Shown here one piece after another: positions 61,076-64,000 of a stretch of 64,000 bases of DNA. Below the pieces are notes generated by a model, which worked only from the letters and a program-made list of their open reading frames with translations, had not been told where the DNA came from and searched no databases. The stretch's first letter is position 1. Each line of letters starts with the position of its first letter. Made by a program: the position numbers and the translations under genes. The stretch lies in the NCBI GenBank assembly GCA_963841015.1, contig CAWJAX010000003.1:480001-544000 (forward strand). Reading direction: 5' to 3'. The stretch is from an uncultured Methanoregulaceae archaeon. Its GTDB lineage: Archaea > Halobacteriota > Methanomicrobia > Methanomicrobiales > Methanospirillaceae.

Positions 61076-61792
61076 TCACGGTTGTTCCCTGATAACCAGT
61101 TTCCCCACCAGCCACGAGATCAGGATTGCGATATACAGGGTGCCAGTGATCATCTCAAACATCATTATCATTCGTGCAAAGGAAGTTGCAGCGGCAACAT
61201 CATAATTGCCCGTCGTGGTCAGAAACGAGAAACTATAACTGATAAAATCAGGCAGGTATCTGAGCTGGTTGGCATCAACTCCCGCTAACGTGAACGATGA
61301 GGGAAGTAAAAGCTCAATGACCATAATTCCGTATGCCCAGAAAATACCGATCAGAAAATATACCGATATTGCACCGGCAACGAGATCGAAGTTCGCTTTT
61401 CGTTCACGGATTATGCTGGAAAAAATGATGATGGTTACAAACCCGAAAAAGAGGAACGGCATGATGACTGAAGCCTGATAATAGGGGGGTTCTCCCGTCA
61501 GGAAAAAGAGAATATTAAGAACAATACTTAGTGCGGCAAAGATACTCCCGATAATCAGGTACAACCGGTTCCCGCTGATAGTAACGATGGCACTCATCAG
61601 TACAAGGATGATGAGAACATACACAAGGTATTGAGTGGCCGGGTGATCGGAAAAAAGTGGCAGCAGGATGAGAAATAAAACGATAGCGATAAGATTAAAG
61701 GTATATTTATTGCGGTCTCTCCATTCCAGAAATGCTGATAATCCCGTTTTTTGGGGTTTTTCTGGATTTATCTGAGAAGGAGAGTTTGTCAA
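61076..61792 (-). CDS. Ion_trans_2-type channel with non-canonical filter
   Basis: GAISVYFLIG..W, YSFSFLTTTGNYDV, E..G.LYIAILI. Confidence 0.82.
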   Translation of the reverse strand: MTNSPSQINPEKPQKTGLSAFLEWRDRNKYTFNLIAIVLFLILLPLFSDHPATQYLVYVLIILVLMSAIVTISGNRLYLIIGSIFAALSIVLNILFFLTGEPPYYQASVIMPFLFFGFVTIIIFSSIIRERKANFDLVAGAISVYFLIGIFWAYGIMVIELLLPSSFTLAGVDANQLRYLPDFISYSFSFLTTTGNYDVAAATSFARMIMMFEMITGTLYIAILISWLVGKLVIREQP

Positions 61793-62044
61793 AAGAAATC
61801 ACCTGGCATATAGGACGGATTGAATGAACTTATATTCTCGTCTGGGTCCTGATAATTATTGTCATGAGAATGTGTCAAATGCCAAATCAGGCTGTCTCAC
61901 TATGAATCGGTTTCGTTCGGAACCACGGGGGGAACACTCAGGTAACAATCCTCAACCCTTGCCGTCCATACTCTGGACTTCTGTACAATAACAGTTTTTT
62001 TCTTCCTGCCAGTACATACTTAATCAACTCCACAAAGGATCAGA

Positions 62045-62914
62045 ATGATCAGCTCTCACCATCAAAGAATTCGCAATAATGCCCCTCTTCTCCAAAAAAT
62101 CAGGGAGAAGGGGTATACACCGGTGGATATGCATATTCATACCCACCATTCGGATGCTTCAATGAGCATTCACTCGCTCCTCAGTCGTGCAAAACACCTT
62201 GGGATTGGGGTTGCAATTACCGATCACAACGAGATCAGCGGGGTGATCGAGGCGTATAATCAATCCCATGGTGTGCTGGTCATCCCGGGCATTGAACTCA
62301 GTTCCTGTGAAGGCCCGCATATCCTCCTGTATTTTTATTCCGCGGGCGACCTCGCTGATTTTTTCTCTACCCATATCAAAGGAACCCTGAGAAAAAGCCA
62401 GTATATGGCAATTCAATTGTCGGTTGAAAAGATCCTTACATCGGCAGAGAAGTATGCCTGTGTGAAAGTCGCCGCCCACCCGTTCGGGTATTTTGGCATC
62501 AACCGCGGAATCCTGAAATGTATTGATAATAAGACACTTCCCGAAGAAATTATCGATCATATTGACGGTATCGAGGTGATATGCGGGGGTATGGGCCAGG
62601 ATCTCAATGATAAAGCGGCCAGGTACGCAGGAGAGCATGATCTCCCGATTACGGGGGGGTCCGACGCCCATGTACTCCCTTCAGTAGGCGGGGTTGTGAC
62701 CGGTGTAAAAGCAGATACCGTTGAAGGATTTCTTGACGGTATTCTCGCAAAGGAAAGCATCGTTGTCGGATCAACCGCAAACCCCCTCCACAAAGGGATG
62801 ACCGCAGGAGTAATTGCCTGGAACTACATCCCCTATACCGTCTCCTCCCTCCAGGTCCACTACGAGCAGAATATTCCCCGGATGAAGCGGTATCTCAATG
62901 ATTTGATAAAATAA
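62045..62914 (+). CDS. PHP-domain phosphoesterase
   Basis: DMHIHT, AITDHN, PGIELS, AHP, GGSDAH. Confidence 0.92.
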   Translation: MISSHHQRIRNNAPLLQKIREKGYTPVDMHIHTHHSDASMSIHSLLSRAKHLGIGVAITDHNEISGVIEAYNQSHGVLVIPGIELSSCEGPHILLYFYSAGDLADFFSTHIKGTLRKSQYMAIQLSVEKILTSAEKYACVKVAAHPFGYFGINRGILKCIDNKTLPEEIIDHIDGIEVICGGMGQDLNDKAARYAGEHDLPITGGSDAHVLPSVGGVVTGVKADTVEGFLDGILAKESIVVGSTANPLHKGMTAGVIAWNYIPYTVSSLQVHYEQNIPRMKRYLNDLIK

Positions 62915-62954
62915 CCCGGTAGATTCTTGTTTTTTTTAAAAAAAAAAATTGTGA

Positions 62955-64000
62955 TTACAGGACAGCGGAGAAGAGACGGGAAAACGAAGATCGTGCCTTG
63001 AAATATCGTGTACGGCTGGCATACCATGCAGGAGTCAGCTCGGTACAGACGGAGAGATCATTGAGATATGCCTGTTTTAATTCTCCTGCTACCTGTTCAT
63101 CATACATGAGTGCATTGGTCTCAAAGTTCAGCCGGAAACTCCGGATGTCCCAGTTTGCACTCCCGACAGAAGCCACGGCACCATCAATCACAATCGTTTT
63201 GGCGTGAAGGAACCCGTTATCATAGGTATAAGCCCTGACACCCGAATCAAGGAGTTCTTCAACATAGGAATGGCTGGCCCAGTAAACAAACATGTGATCC
63301 GGCACTGCCGGGATCATTAACCGCACGTCAACTCCTGACTGGGCAGCGATACGAAGAGCATCCATGATGCTCTCATCGGGAATAAAATACGGAGTCTGGA
63401 TATATACCGATTCTGTCGCCGTATTGATCATCTTGATGTATGATTCCTTCACCGGGTTCCATTTTGTGTCAGGACCGCCGGAAACGATCTGGATCGTAGA
63501 ACCTTCCGGCAGAGGACTCTGGTGGAAATACCGCGGCAAAACTTCCAGGTTTTCCTTTGATGCGAAATTCCAGTCGAGATAAAACCGTATCTGGGCAACT
63601 AATGCGCCGGTCCCTTTGATCCGTACTGCAGCATCCCTCCAGTATCCCCAGCGTTTGTCCAGCCCGAGATAATCGTCACCAATGTTAAAGCCACCGATGA
63701 ATGCCGTCTCTCCATCAATCACTGCAATTTTCCGGTGGTTCCGGAAGTTGACCCGGAAGTTAAAATAGGAGAACAGGGAGGGGAAAAAGACTGCATGCTT
63801 TCCTCCGGCAGCAGTAAATTCATCGTAATAATGTTTAGGCAGGCCACCGCTTCCGACCCCGTCAACAAGAAGCCGTACTTCAACTCCTGCACGAGCCCGT
63901 TCGGTGAGCGCCTTCATGATATCCCGGCCGAGGCCGTCGTCTTTGAGAATAAAATACTGCATATGCACATGGTCACGGGCTGAGCCAATTTCCTTGATCA
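62955..64000 (-). CDS. cls: Cardiolipin synthase (5' end outside the window)
   Basis: Two HKD motifs (NHRKIAVIDG, HAKTIVIDG), SGGPD, QTPYFIPD, GSANWD.RS. Confidence 0.92.
   Translation of the reverse strand, partial: IKEIGSARDHVHMQYFILKDDGLGRDIMKALTERARAGVEVRLLVDGVGSGGLPKHYYDEFTAAGGKHAVFFPSLFSYFNFRVNFRNHRKIAVIDGETAFIGGFNIGDDYLGLDKRWGYWRDAAVRIKGTGALVAQIRFYLDWNFASKENLEVLPRYFHQSPLPEGSTIQIVSGGPDTKWNPVKESYIKMINTATESVYIQTPYFIPDESIMDALRIAAQSGVDVRLMIPAVPDHMFVYWASHSYVEELLDSGVRAYTYDNGFLHAKTIVIDGAVASVGSANWDIRSFRLNFETNALMYDEQVAGELKQAYLNDLSVCTELTPAWYASRTRYFKARSSFSRLFSAVL

Noticed and set aside
19200-64000. Island as a prophage, ICE or defence island
   Set aside because: No integrase, tRNA attachment site, structural, conjugation or recognisable defence genes in the window.

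Overview
Archaeal DNA, most likely from a Methanomicrobiales methanogen (Methanoregula-like). This is inferred from cofE, psmB-aCPSF1, PAN, Sec61beta, the PAS histidine kinase style and T-tract terminators. Bases 1 to ~19.1 kb are core genome: FAD oxidoreductase (partial), PAS kinase, MFS, cofE, secG/Sec61beta, amidohydrolase-USP-CBS, psmB-aCPSF1, TPR, M20 hydrolase, moaA-rlmE, AcnX small subunit and PAN. Bases ~19.2-64 kb are an accessory mosaic with two themes. (i) Organosulfur genes: DUF1254/1214 plus two paralogous unknown proteins, three SulP, a Cys-type arylsulfatase with its anaerobic maturase, and a DszB-like desulfinase homologue with a rhodanese. (ii) A repeated membrane/stress module: ppk2, P-type ATPase, MscS, DUF6325/1269-SHOCT, DUF308/HdeD x3, YqhA x2, DUF2252, DUF2254, AI-2E, two ion channels and cls. 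The region also carries gene remnants, an IS256 scar and five single-base frameshifts. The most striking unannotated signal is a dispersed, modular, highly structured intergenic repeat family (at least 5 copies, both strands) with compensatory base changes and short inverted termini. All family calls come from motif recognition by eye; no database searches were run.
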